A stretch of DNA of 64,000 nt, from the NCBI RefSeq assembly GCF_963921235.1, contig NC_086097.1:155188001-155252000 (forward strand). The letters run 5' to 3'. This document shows positions 1 to 12,984 of the stretch, piece after piece (positions within the stretch are counted from its first letter, which is position 1; the number at the start of each line of letters is the position of its first letter). Made by a program: the position numbers and the translations under genes. The notes beneath the pieces are model-generated. The model saw nothing but the letters and a program-made list of their open reading frames with translations. It was not told where the DNA came from and did no database searches. The stretch is from Mobula hypostoma (Eukaryota).

Positions 1-330
1 CCCACCCCTTACCTTAAAGCCATGTCCTCTTGTATTGAGCAGTGGTGCTCTGGGGAAGAGGCGCTGGCTGTCCACTCTATCTATTCCTCTTAATATCTTG
101 TATACCTCTATCATGTCTCCTCTCATCCTCCTACTCTCCAAAGAGTAAAGCCCAAGCTCCCTTAATCTCTGATCATAGTGCATACACTCTAAACCAGGCA
201 GCATCCTGGTAGATTTCCTCTGTACCCTTTCCAATGCTTCCACATCCTTCCTACAGTGAGGTAACCAGAGCTGGACACAGTACTCCCAAGTGTGGCCAAA
301 CCAGAGTTCTATGGAGCTGCATCATTACCT
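1..330 (-). mobile_element. CR1-type LINE fragment (3' part of ORF2)
   Basis: Similar to the CR1 ORF2 C-terminal segment at 43160-43790. Confidence 0.7.
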
Positions 331-644
331 GACGTAACTACGTGTTTTTTCTAACCGTGCTTTATGTACAGTTTTTGGAGGACAATATGAAGTTTGCTAC
401 AGTTTCCCTTGAACTTAAAACACCTCACCCATTTTATTTGTGAAAACCAACATTGATGACCCTTATGCCCTAAGATGATCCCAGAGTTATTGAACCGGCC
501 AATGCAGTCTCTTTGAAAATTTCAGTTTTGGGAGTGAAATGCCCTTGCTTGGTTTGTACATTCCATGGCCTAATTCGTCCAGTGAGAAATATCCATGGAT
601 GACACCAGATATTAATACAGAGTAAAAAGTTCTATTCAAAAGGT

Positions 645-1477
645 TCAAAGAAACATCTAAACAAGCCTGATTCATTTTGGAAACAATTCCTGTGGACTGA
701 TGAAGTTAAAATAGAACTTTTTGTCTGCAATGAACAAAGGTATGTTTGGAGAAAAAAGGGTGCAGAATTTCATGAAAAGAACCCCTCTCCAACTGTTAAG
801 CATGGGGGTGGATCGATCATGCTTTGGGCTTATGTTGCAGCCAGTGGCATGGGGAACATTTACTGGTAGCGGGAAGAATGAATTCAATTAAATACCAGCA
901 AATTCTGGAAGAAAACATCACACCATCTGGAAAAAGCCAAATATGAAAAGAGGATGGCATCAACAACAGGATAATGATCCTAAACACACCTCAAAATCCA
1001 CAGTGGACTACCTCAAGAGGCGCAAGCTGAAGGTTTTGCTTTGGCCCTCACAGTCCCCTGACCTAAACATCATCGAGAATCTGTGGATAGACCTCAAAAG
1101 AGCAGTGCATGCAAGACGGCCCAAGAATCTCACAGAATTAGAAACGTTTTGCAAGGAAGAATGGGCAAAAATCTCCCAAACAAGAACTGAAGGTCTATTA
1201 GCTGGCTGCAAAAGGCGTTTACAAGCTGTGATACTTGCCAAAGGGGGTGTTACTAAGTACTGCCATGCAGAGTGCCCAAACTTTTGCTTCAGGCCCTTTT
1301 CCTTTTTTGTTATTTTGAAACTGTAAAAGATGGAAATGAAAAAGTTTTCTTAAAATATTAAAGAAATGTGTCATCTTTAACTTTATGCCATTTGGAATTT
1401 AGTTCATCTTTTACTCGCTTGGCTGTTCACAGTAACAGAAATTTTGACCGGGGTGCCCAAACTTTTGCATGCCACTG
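645..1477 (+). mobile_element. Tc1-family DNA transposon, 3' part with disrupted transposase and right IR/DR terminal repeat
   Basis: WTDE, TVKHGGGSIMLW, QDNDPKHTSK and WPSQSPDLNIIENLW motifs; GTGCCCAAACTTTTGC repeated at about 1272 and 1453; ends CACTG followed by TA. Confidence 0.9.
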
Positions 1478-2169
1478 TATCCTTCAAAACCTTCCCAATC
1501 CCTGTACGTCTGGCTATCTTTTAAAAGTTGTTATTGTACCTGCCTCAACCACCATCTCCCACAGCTCATTCCACAAAGATGTCACTCATTGCCTAAAAAA
1601 TAAAGATGCCCCTCAAGTTCCTATTAAATCTTTCCCCTGTCACCTGAAACATATACCCCATAGTCCTCGATTCCCTAATCCTTAGGAAAGACTGTGTGCA
1701 CTCACTGTCTATGTCCCTCATGATTTTATAAACTTCAATAAAGTCAATTCTTAGTCTGCTACAGTTCCCTTCCTGACCAGCACAGCCTCTCCTGAAAACT
1801 CAAGCCCTCAACAACTGACAAAATTCTTGTAATCCTTTTCTACGTTCTTTTCAGTTAAATAACATCTTTCCTGTAACAGTGTTCACAGGATTCAGTATCA
1901 GAATCAGGCTTCTTATGAAGGACATGGAGGTAAAAATTACTATAAATTATGATATAAATGAAGAGTACAAAATTAAATGGTTGTTCATGGGTTCATGGAT
2001 CATTCAGAAATTTGAAGGTCAAGAGGAAGAAGCAGTTTCTGAATTGTTGAATGTGGTTTACAGGCTACTGAAGCTCCTCCCTGATGGTAGGAATGAGAAG
2101 AGGGCAGTTCCTGGATGGTCTTCCTGAGGCACGATGTGTTAGGAAACATAGAAAACATGGAAACGTAAG

Positions 2170-4677
2170 TTGATACAAATGACACATTTCAATGTGTGTG
2201 TTGATGTTGTGATGTCGATGTGACAAATGAAGCTGATCATTTAATTCGCACAACTGCCGATGCTTTCCATGCACCCACCACTCTCTGTGTAAACATTTTA
2301 TATCTGACATACCCCTATGCAGTACCCTCCTCCAATCACCTTCAAAAACTGCCCCCTTGCATTAGCCATTTCTGCACTCTGGTTATCCACTCGATCAGTT
2401 TATCTCATATTATTCTGCATTGTTTTTGTGTACATTGTTTCAGTGTACTGTGTCATGATTTGAGCTGTATCAGCAGTATCAAAAACAAACCTTTCACTGT
2501 ATCTTGGTCCATGTGACAATAATAAACCAATACCAATACCATAGAGTTGCTTCCCGCCAGTGGGCACACATGAGGCCTGGGTCCCCATCAACGAGGAGGA
2601 ATTGTGTGGACATCATTTGAGAAACAGAGTGCTCCATTACTGTCCCCTTGCTGTAGACAGAAGCTTGGTCTCCATGCCAACACGATGTGGTGTTTGATTC
2701 CAGGTCACTCCCTACCCTCCCACCCTGTTCCTGAGGAGTCAATGCAGTATAGAACAGAAGAAGGTCATGGTGCAGCACATGAAATCTATTCTGGGGGACA
2801 AGATGCTCTACAATACCTTGATCGGGAAGATGCCCTCACCTGAGGTAAGGAGCGGAGTGGGCTTTATTCAAACAACAGGCACCAACCGGACAGGACCCTG
2901 CTGATGAGTACATTTCTGTGGACCTTGTAACATCTGCCATCTCCTCATCCACCAAGATCATGTTGTGTCCGATTGGGAATCCTGCAGATGTACACTCGAG
3001 CTCTGCTGAGGACGGTCTCGGTCTGACACCTTTGCCTGGGCTGTTGAAGGTGGAGCACATCCCACCAACACTGGAAACGATGCAGAAATACTACTCATTG
3101 CTCCTGAGATGGTAAGTCTATCTGAAGAAGGAAACGTTTTACAGGCTGGGGGAATGTGTGGATTCAGCAATGGCGTGTCAAGAGGCTGCAAAACCAGATC
3201 CAGGTTGACTTGTCACACCTACGTTGAAATATATAATGAAATGCATTGTTTGTGTTCACAGCCAACACACCCAAGGATGTGCTGGGGTAGCCCACAGATG
3301 AAGTCACACATTGCAGTGCCAACATACCTGCAGTGTGCCCAGAAACCTTGTTAAAACAACAGAGAACACAACAAAATAGAATAGACCGAGTGACAAGACA
3401 ACAGCAAAACAAACCCTTTCCTCATTCTGTACACATCTCCCCACTGCCCCCCCCCCCTGCCCGACGGGACAGGCCATCTCTGGCATCCAGCATCCAGTGG
3501 ACCTGAACTTGTAGACATTGAGCCTTTGCTGACTCAATCTTATAGAGGGGTATAAAGTCATGACAGGTATAGAAAGGGTCACTGCAGACACACCTTCTGT
3601 TTCCTTGTTTTGAGTAATCTGGAACTGCAGGACACGGGAGAGGAAAGAGATTTAATAGGAAACTGACGGGAAACCTTTTCACTCAGAGTGTCGTCATTAC
3701 ATGGAATGAACCGCCAGGTGAGGAGGTGAATACACGAGCAACATTTAAATGATACTTGGACAGCTATATGGACAGGAAAGGTCCCGAAGGATTTCGGCAA
3801 AACACTGGCAAGTAAATCTAAATGAGAATCTTCGTCAGCATGCATGAGTTGGGCTGAAAGGCCTGTTACCGTGCTGTATGACTCTATGCTCACTGATTGG
3901 TTGCTTCTTGGCCTTGTGATGGGTGTAGCAACTAAAGGGAAAGATCTTGGTGAAGGTCCAGAGGGTAAATTAACTAGCAGATGAAATTGATGAGAACAGG
4001 GAGGACTTATATAGACATGAGGCTGCTGAAATGGAGGAAGAATGTAAGTCAGCAGAAGCTTAAAGAAAAGGTGGGTCCCCTCTTCCTTCCAGTCCTTGTC
4101 AATTCATTCAGTCTCTCTCTTCCTTATTCATTCACCCAGTGACCCCACATTTCTTGACTTGCTCCATCATCCCCACTCACTCTCCCCCCTTCCCCTCATT
4201 CAATTCCTCCTTCACTCACTGCCTCCACACTCACTTATTCTCCCTTTCTTCACATATTCACTATCTCCCTCCTTCCTCTCAGCTTCACTCCCTCTTACTC
4301 ACTTGCTTGCTCACCTCACCTATGCTTGCTCACTCCCTCTTCCGCACTCTCCTTTCATTCATTCACTCCCTCCCTCCTTCAGTCATTTAGATTCAGATTC
4401 TTTTATTTACCACATGTACAGAGAAACGTGGAGTGAAATGTGTTGCGTTCTGGTGTCCTCTGGAATGTGTCCCGATACATCCTCACTGTGGAATGCGTGG
4501 GTTTACTCTGGGCCCTCCGGTCACATGTCACTGGCTGGAGAACAAACATTTTAGGTTGGCATGATGCTTTTGTGTTAATATCCCTGTCGTACTTTCCAGA
4601 AGGAAACTTTTGAAAGAGGCAATTTGCTGCCTTCAACAGTCAGGGCATTGAGTTGAGGAGGTGGGATGTTTTATTGA
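2170..4677 (+). pseudogene. Inverted duplicate of about 19672-22297 carrying copies of PLC-delta exons 8 (2704-2844) and 9 (3929-4070)
   Basis: Collinear reverse-complement similarity including introns. Exon 8 copy is open (VTPYPPTLFLRSQCSIEQKK...MPSPE) with intact splice sites; exon 9 copy has TAA at 3971-3973 and is 142 nt (frameshift). Confidence 0.9.
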
Positions 4678-5730
4678 AGATGAACGTATTAGTCACATGT
4701 ACATTGAAGGATACAGTTAAATGTCACGTTTTGCATCAAATGAAATCAGCAAAGTACGTTTATCTTTGGAATGTGAGAGGAAACATTTGTATGGAGTTCT
4801 GCATAGGTATGTTCTATTGAGGCAGGGAAAGGGTGGTAGAGTTAAAGAACCATGGTGTACAAAGTATGTAGAAAATCTCATTAAGAAAAGCCTACGGCAG
4901 ATTCTTACTCTTGCGAGTACAGGGAAGAGTTATCAGAAGTTGCGCATGTATAAACCCTTTCACTTCCGGGATCATTCCTGTGTACTGCATCTGGACCCTC
5001 ACAAATGCCATCATATCCTGGCTCAGATCAGGGGCCCCAAACTGTTCACAATACTTCAAATGTGGTCTGACCAATGCCTTATGAATTCTCTGCATTACAT
5101 CCGAGACCTCTCTCAAAATGAGTACTAACATTGCATTTGACTTCCATACCACTGACAGAGCGCAATAGCTCGGTGGGAACTAACTCAGTCCCATACAGAC
5201 AGGGAGGGTGATTCTTACACATCTCGGATACGTTCAGGGTGGCAGCCAAACGAACAACTGTAAGATGTGACAATAAATGAACTTGAACATCTCACCATAA
5301 TTTTACTGAACACACACCATGAATGTATTTTAAAAACGAGCAATAAGTAGCGTTGGATGTTGCTTACTTGGATTTTCAGAACACTTGAAATGGTGCTGCA
5401 TGGACTGCTCAACAAGGTAATGGCCCATGATATTACAGAAAAAATACCAGCATGAGTGGATGGGCAGAAGGCACAGTAGGAATAAAGGGAGCCTTTTTCT
5501 GATGGGCTGCTGGTGACTGGTGGTGTTCTGCAGGGGGTGGTGTTGGAACCACTTCTTTTTACATTGTACATCTTTCTTGACATGTGCTGACTGGAAGAAT
5601 GCACAATCCTCCACCTGTGATGTACGCTAGTGCTCTGCACAATTCCAAAATAAACATTCCCATTTTAACCTCCCCATATCACTATCTCCCAAAGAAGACA
5701 AGGATAAATGGTGAGTGTGGTAAAATTATT

Positions 5731-5736
5731 TTTAAT
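5731..5736 (-). terminator. Candidate polyadenylation signal (ATTAAA) of the PLC-delta gene
   Basis: ATTAAA about 340 nt past the stop, followed by a U/GU-rich stretch on the minus strand. Confidence 0.4.
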
Positions 5737-6076
5737 TAACATGTGGAGAGAATCTCACAATGTTTGCCATCGATCAGCTCCTGACTTGGTGAGTAATCTC
5801 TTCTCTGTCCTCTGACCAGTGTTAAATGTGAATACATGCAGATAATGAAAAGGTCAGGAAGTACATTTGAGAAGTCCATTCTCAGACCCCAGAAACAACC
5901 CCAATCCCCTTCTCTCTGTTTCACCCTCCCCCCTCCCACTTCCCTGTTCTTTCTTTCAATCTACCCCAACCCAATCCAGCTGTCCCTCTGTCCTTCTCCA
6001 GCTGCTCAAGAGGACTCTCTGTTCCAGCTCCTGGTGAGTCAGGAATCCCAGCGGAGGAGATCATGGCGGTGAGGAT

Positions 6077-6159
6077 TCAGTCGATCCTGATGTTGACGAA
6101 GAGTGAGGCTGCGGGCAGGGGGTCGCCGTTTGCTGACAGAAGGTGGATGTGGCGGTACC
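6077..6159 (-). CDS. PLCD1-like: PLC-delta last coding exon (end of C2, stop)
   Basis: tctcag|GG TAC CGC CAC ATC...; [27 protein letters not shown] then TGA at 6077-6079. Confidence 0.94.
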
Positions 6160-9100
6160 CTGAGAATAGAACAGAGAGAGGGGTAATCACCTAGTAACCC
6201 AAACACCCAACATCCTTGGAGTTTTGAGTAGATTTGGCACTCCCAATAACCCTGTCCACCATCTCAACAGTGAACTATTTCTTGTTTCCTCGTGCTGCAC
6301 ACCACATGCACTTTCAACTACATTTTATTAACTCATTTGTGTTAATACTTTGGTTTATGTGCTACATGTCTGATATGTTTTGTGGGTGCACCACGGTCCA
6401 AAGGAACATTGTTTAATTTGTCAGATGAGAATAAATTTGAACTGGAACTTTTACCTCCAATTCTCCCTTCCTTACACCCCGTTCCCTTTCCCATTTTATT
6501 GTCAATCCATTGGGACATGGGCTCAGAGCTGTGCTGGCTGTTCCACCATTACAAGCATTGCATTGCTTGCTGGTGCACAGATTCTGCCGTCACCATTAGA
6601 AATATGTCCCTTGCTGCCTCAGTGGGGATGGTGGTATTGATCAGAAATGTGGGACTGCCTCAGTCATCAAAGACAGACATGGAGGCTCCACCCTCTCCTC
6701 CCTGGCCAGATGTGGAACTAATATCCTAAGCCAGATGTGAAGGACCCACATTCTCCTCTCCGGCCAGCTGTAAGACCAATTCCTTCAGCCAGATATTTCT
6801 TATTGTTTTATTTAGTCAGGGATACGATATGAAATAGGCTCTTCCATCCCACCAAGCTGTGCCGACGAGAAACCTTACCCTCATCCCAGGAATAATTAGT
6901 CACCTAACTGTGACGTCTTTAGATTGAGTGAGCAAGCTACAACACCCAGAGGAATCTCATGCACACCTGAGAAGTACATACGTATAGGCATCCGTTAGTC
7001 TCGTGAGACCATGGATTTGCACCTTGGAAGGTTTCCAGGGTGCAGGCCTGGGCAAGGTTGTATGGAAGACCAGCAGTTTCCCATGCTGCAGGTCTCCCCT
7101 CTCCACGCCACCGATGTTGTTGGTGCCAGTGTGGTTAAGTGCCTTGCTCAAAGACAACACGCCAGCTCAGTTGAGGCTCAAATTAGCGACCTTCAGATCA
7201 CTAGACCAACGCTTTAACTACTTGGCCACGCGCCAACACGGGGAAGTACATACTGTACACACTTTCTTAGAGAGGACGCCAGTACTGAACTTCAAACTCC
7301 GAAGCTCTAAGCTGGAATAGCTAAATTACATGATGTCCATCTTTTTCTCCTTGGTGAAACGTGGGATGCTCCTGCTCACTGGGACGGTGCCCCAGGTCCT
7401 GGTAGAGGAACTTGGGATGCAACTGAAAGAGGTGGAGTGGGAAGCAGGGGGTGAGGAAGAACTGTTGTTTGCTGGGCTGTTGGATCAAGGTTGGTAGGAC
7501 CCAGACGTGGTTAGGATGGAGTTAGAACACATCACCCAGGATCAGCATCGCCACAGTTGGCCATGTCCTACTACTAGTTGTCTCACTCACAGAGCAAGTA
7601 TAACCTTGTGGCCTTGGTGGTGGGGGGGTTGGGGTCACAGCCCACCTGCACATTGACACCCTTGTCAGAACTACTTGTTGATCTCAGGGCCATTTGGCCT
7701 ATCATGGCTGATTTATTAAACCTCTCAACCCCACTCTCCTGCCCGTAACTTTTGTTGCACTGATTAATCAAGAACCCAACAACACCGGTTTAAATCACCT
7801 AATGACCTGGCCTCCACAGCCATCTGATGAACGAATTCCACAAATTCACCACCCTCTGGCGGACAAAATTCATCCTCAGCTCTGTCCCACTATTCTGAGA
7901 ATGCACCCTTTGCTGCTAGACTGTCCAACTATAGGGAATACCCTCTCCACATCCACTCTATCTGGTCCTTCAAGATTCAATAGGTTTCTCAGTCTTCGAA
8001 ACTCCAGTGAGTACAGGCCCAGAACCATTAAGTGTTCCTCAAAAATTAACCAATGAATTCCAGAGATCATTCTTATTCTTGTGACTCACGTCTGGACGCT
8101 CTGCAATTCCAGCACATTTTCTCTTGGGTGAAGGGCCCATAACTGCTCACAATACACAAGTGTGGTCTGACAAACAACTTACAAAGCCTCTGTATCACAT
8201 CCTTGTTCTTATATTCTTGTCCTCTTGAAATGAGCTTTAACAGCAGGCTTCTCTGGCTGAGGGAGAGTGAAGGATGGGACAAAACACATGACCCCATTTC
8301 TGGAGAAGGGGTGGGTCTCAGTGAGCCAGATCTGGCTCTCTCACCGCCCAAACTCTCCACACTCTTCCCTCCACTCCTTTCCAGTTTTAAAGGGGTGGGG
8401 TCTTGATACAATACCTTGCTGTAAGCTAGTGAATGGTAGTGTGAACTGTCCGATGAAGTCATTCCTCGAGGAGTCGTTAAAGTCCTGAACCAAGAAACGA
8501 ACAAAGGCCAGCTCGGGCACACACACGTCGAACTGAAAGTATGTGTTCCACATGGGGTTGAAACCTGAAACAGTGAAGGGGAAGATGGGTCAGACACAAT
8601 GCCAACACTAATACCTCCAGCATGAACATGGGTTCAAATCCAAACAACACTGGCTCAGAAACAATATTGTAAGTATGAACACAGTCGTTTCCACGTGTTG
8701 ATCTCAGTAGTTTCAAAAGATGCTGCTATCCAGAGCAATACACACAAAATGCTGGAGGAACTCAGCAGGTCTGGAAGCATCTATGAAAGAGAATCAACAG
8801 TCAATACTTCAGGCTGAGACCATTTACCAGGACTGTAAAGGAAGGGGGAAGATGGCAGAATAATAAAGTAGTGAGAGGGGAAGAAGGTGATGGACAGGAG
8901 GGGTTGAAGTAAGAAGCTGGGAGACGATAGGTGGAAAAGGCAAAGGGCTGGAGGAGGAGGAGTCTGATAAGGAGAGGAGAGCAGACCTTGGCAGAGGAGG
9001 AGGAAGTAGAGACACTGGGGAGGGAGGGATATGCAGGAGGGGAGAAGAGGGAAAAGGCCAGAGTGCGAAATTGAAGAAAAGGGAAGGAAGAGGGGAAGAA

Positions 9101-12100
9101 AGTTCCAGAACTTGGAGAAATCAATGTTCGTGGCATTAGATTGGAAGCTACATAAAAGGAATAAGAGGTGCTGCTCCACGAACCTGAAAGTGGTGTCGTC
9201 ATGGCAGAAATCAAAGCTGTCAGAGTGAGTTTTTTTTGGGTATGTGATTTGTTTACACTTAAATGACTTTGGCCACCAGACTATTTGACAATGCGCTTCC
9301 TCAAAAGGTGTGAATACCAGATGCTGTAGTTTCAAAGACAGTATTACCTATACATTATTGTCTATAGCTTTTTAAGTAGCGATTGCCTTTGTGTTTAGCA
9401 TATAAATATCGAGCCCACATTGAGCTAGCAGACCTTTCTGCGGAAAGCGTCTCCGTCTGTAAGGTGCCTGCTGTACCTTGTTGTGTCGAGTAAAGAAGCT
9501 GCTTTGTATCTACCAGTGACTCTGTCTCTCTGGTGATTTCATCCACCCCACAACCAGGTGTCGAACCAGGTAAAAAGCAAATCAGAAACACCCAACCACC
9601 AATCCCTTCTACCTACACAATTTCCATATCCTTCCATCCATGTGCCTATCTGGAGGTCTGTTAAAAGCCTCTAACAATTTGTCTTTACCACCATACCAGG
9701 CAGCACATTCCAGGAATCCACAATTCTCTGAGTAGGAAAACTTGCTCCTCACACCCCCTCTCACATTCACTGCATGCCTTCCGGTATTAGACATTTCAAC
9801 CCTAGGAAACATGCACTCTTTCCACTCTACCTATGCCTATCATAATCTCGTAAGCCTCTATCAGAAATTCCCTCAGCCTCTGGCGCTGCAGAGAAAATAC
9901 CACAAGCTTATCCAGCCTCTCGTGACCGCACATGCCCTCTAAACCAGGCAGGATCCTGAGAAAAGTCTTCTGCACCCTCTCCAAAGTCTCAGAGGTCACA
10001 GCACAGATCCCTATGGAACTCCACAAATTTCAGGCCTCCTGCTCCAATAAACCCCTTCAATCACAACACTCCAGTCTTCCATGTGCAAGCCAGTTTTGAA
10101 TCCAAACAGCCAATTCGTTATGACTCCATGCATCTTAATTTCTGATTAGCCTCCAATGAGGGAATTTGTCAAAAAACTCAGTTAACTTGGTAAGGCATGA
10201 TCTGCTATGCACAAGACCATGCTGGCTCTCCCTCATTGGACATGGGTCTTTCTGCTATGCAATAGGAGAGGTGAGAAGAGAGAATGTGTTGGAAAGCCAC
10301 ACGGCCACAATGACAATATGCAAACTCCCATCAGGTTTCCGCTATCAAGGCTGATTTACATTTCCACTCAATCCATTCTCCTGCCTTTTACCCGTAACCT
10401 TTGATGCAGTTACTGTACCTGTCAAACGCTGCTTTAAATATAACTTAGCAACTTGGCCTAAACAACTATCTGTGGTCATGAATTCCACAGATTCACCACC
10501 CCCTGGTTAAAGAAATTCCACCCAATCTGTCTTCTATAGTCATATCTCTTTCCTGAGGCTGCACTCTCCAGTCTCAGACTCTCCCACTATTGGAAACATC
10601 ATCTTCACGATCACTCTATCCAGGCCTTTAAATATTTGATAGGTTCCCCAATTTGAGATTCCCCCTCATTATTCTAAACTCCAATGAGTACAGGCCCAGA
10701 ACCACCAAATGCTTCTCATACGTTAACTCCTGACTTCCTGGGAGCATGCTGGTGAGCCTCCTCTGGACCTTCTCCAATACCAGTACATCCTTTCTTAGAT
10801 ATGGGGCCCACTACTACTTAGACTCCAAAGATCTGAAAAAAGTTGGACCTGGACCCACCAACTACCATTCACCCCCGCCATGCTGGAATGACTCCAAACT
10901 TACCATTGTTGGAAACATGTGGCGTCACTTTCTGATCATTGTCGTCTTTGACTCCAAAAACCTGCACCTTCACAAGTGGGTCCACCACCGAGCCGGGTTT
11001 CGCCTTGTTTGTTTTGGGGAGTTGCTGGGCAGAGATGACCTGTGGAGAGGCGAGGACATGATGTGAGAGTCGACTGGTGCAACAGTAACTTAATGTATTT
11101 GATGACTGGATGGTATTAACAATCGGGGAACACAGAGTACAGGACAGTTAAGTCCCTTCAGCCCACAATGCTGTGCTGACCTTTTAAAGAAGATTAGCAT
11201 TATTTGTCACATGTACATCAAACACACAGTGAAATGTGTCGTCTGTGTCAACGACTGACAGACCAAGGGCAGTCTGGGGTGAACCATAAGCGTTGCCATG
11301 TTTCTGATGCCAACTTAGCATGCATACAACTTAGGAATCATAAGCCAAACATCTTTGGAAGGTCGGAGGAAATCCATGTGGTCATGGGGAGAATGTACAA
11401 AGTCCTCAGAGACAGTGGCTGGAATTAGAACCCAATCTTACAGCTAGCACTGTAAAATGCTATGTTAATCGTTACAGCACTATGCTGCACAACCTCCCTT
11501 AATTAACTCGAAATGAAATGCTAACTAATCCCCTCTGCCTGCACATCATCCCTATCTTTCCATTCTCTGAACACTAATGTGCACTAATAATGCACTAAAA
11601 GCCTCTCATATCTGCTTCCACCATCTCCCCTGACATCCCGCTCCAGACACCTACGGCTCTCTAAAAAAAAGCATGATCTGTACAAGCCCTTTGAACAGCC
11701 TCTCTCACCTTGAATGTATGCCCTCTGATAATACGCATTTTGAACAAAGGAAAAGATATTGTGTGTCCACTATCTCTACACCTCTCGTAATTTTATAAAC
11801 ATATCAGAGCTCCCCTCAGCCTCTGACACTCCAAAGAAAAGCAACCCAAGTTTGTTCAACTTCCCTTAATCGTGCATGCCCTCTATTCCAGGCACAGTGC
11901 TAATGAACCCCTTATGCACCCTCTTTAAAGCCTCCACACCGTTCTTGTGATGGGTTGGTGTGACTCGGTAGGCTGAAGGGAGAGTTTTCATGCAGCCCAA
12001 CCAACGGTGTTTATCCAACATTTCCTGCTCTTACCAGCACGCTCAGCTTCTTTCTGTTTAGCCAGAGTCTCATCTGGATCCTTGAGGCACACGTTGTCTT

Positions 12101-12946
12101 GCGCTTCCTCAGGAACTTAGGCTTCAGGATATAACCAGAGAAACCGTTGTTTCGAAATTTACTCTGGTAGATGTCCATCTCCTGCCCAAAGGTCTGAAAA
12201 TTCAGGGCCACTGCAGGCATTGTGGTGGAAGTGCAGAAGGAAGAGGGTGGGGAGGAGAACCAGAGGGAGGGTGAGAGGGAGGATAGAGAGTTGTGTGGGA
12301 GAAGAGGAGGAAGGATGGGCAATGGAATGAAAGGAGAGGGTGTGTGCGTGTCAGAGAGAGAGAGGGAGAGAAAATGAGAACTTTTAAAACATTTCATTAT
12401 CATCTCTGCACTGAATATCAGCAAGTAATAAATGTGTTTGTATCTGCGGTGATTACAAGGAACTGAAACAGTTACTGGGTTACCATTCTGTGTGGTATCA
12501 GACACAGTTTGGTGCTGAACAATCTCCCAATTAAAAGCCAATTGAGTTGTACATGCAAACCGATCAGGAGCTGCATTGGTGTTCGGCAAGGGTGGTTGGG
12601 TGGGATGGGGAATGTACAGGCAAATTCTTGGAGAGTATCCAGGGAATCTGGGCTGACTAGGATCCCGTGCATAACCAGTGATCGGGGGTGTTAATACTTT
12701 ACTGAAGCCCGTCTTCCATGTGAGTTGGCTATAATGGGAGAGTGTGAGTCAGGGACTCCCATCCATGACGCGGTGTGTGTGAGAGTGTGTATCTCTATGG
12801 GTGTGTAGCATTTTGATCGTGTGTGTGTGAGATTCAAAAACAGTTACTGTCCCCAAGATGTCAGATAGCAGATATGAGGTTTGCATCTATGACGGGGTGT
12901 GCGTGTGATGTGCACGCATGTCCATCTCTCTGGGTGTGTATCCATT

Positions 12947-12984
<38 letters not shown>

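Noticed and set aside
4096..4554. Ser/Leu/His/Pro-rich ORFs here and at 19919-20330
   Set aside because: Translations of a pyrimidine-rich low-complexity intronic tract present in both duplicated arms.
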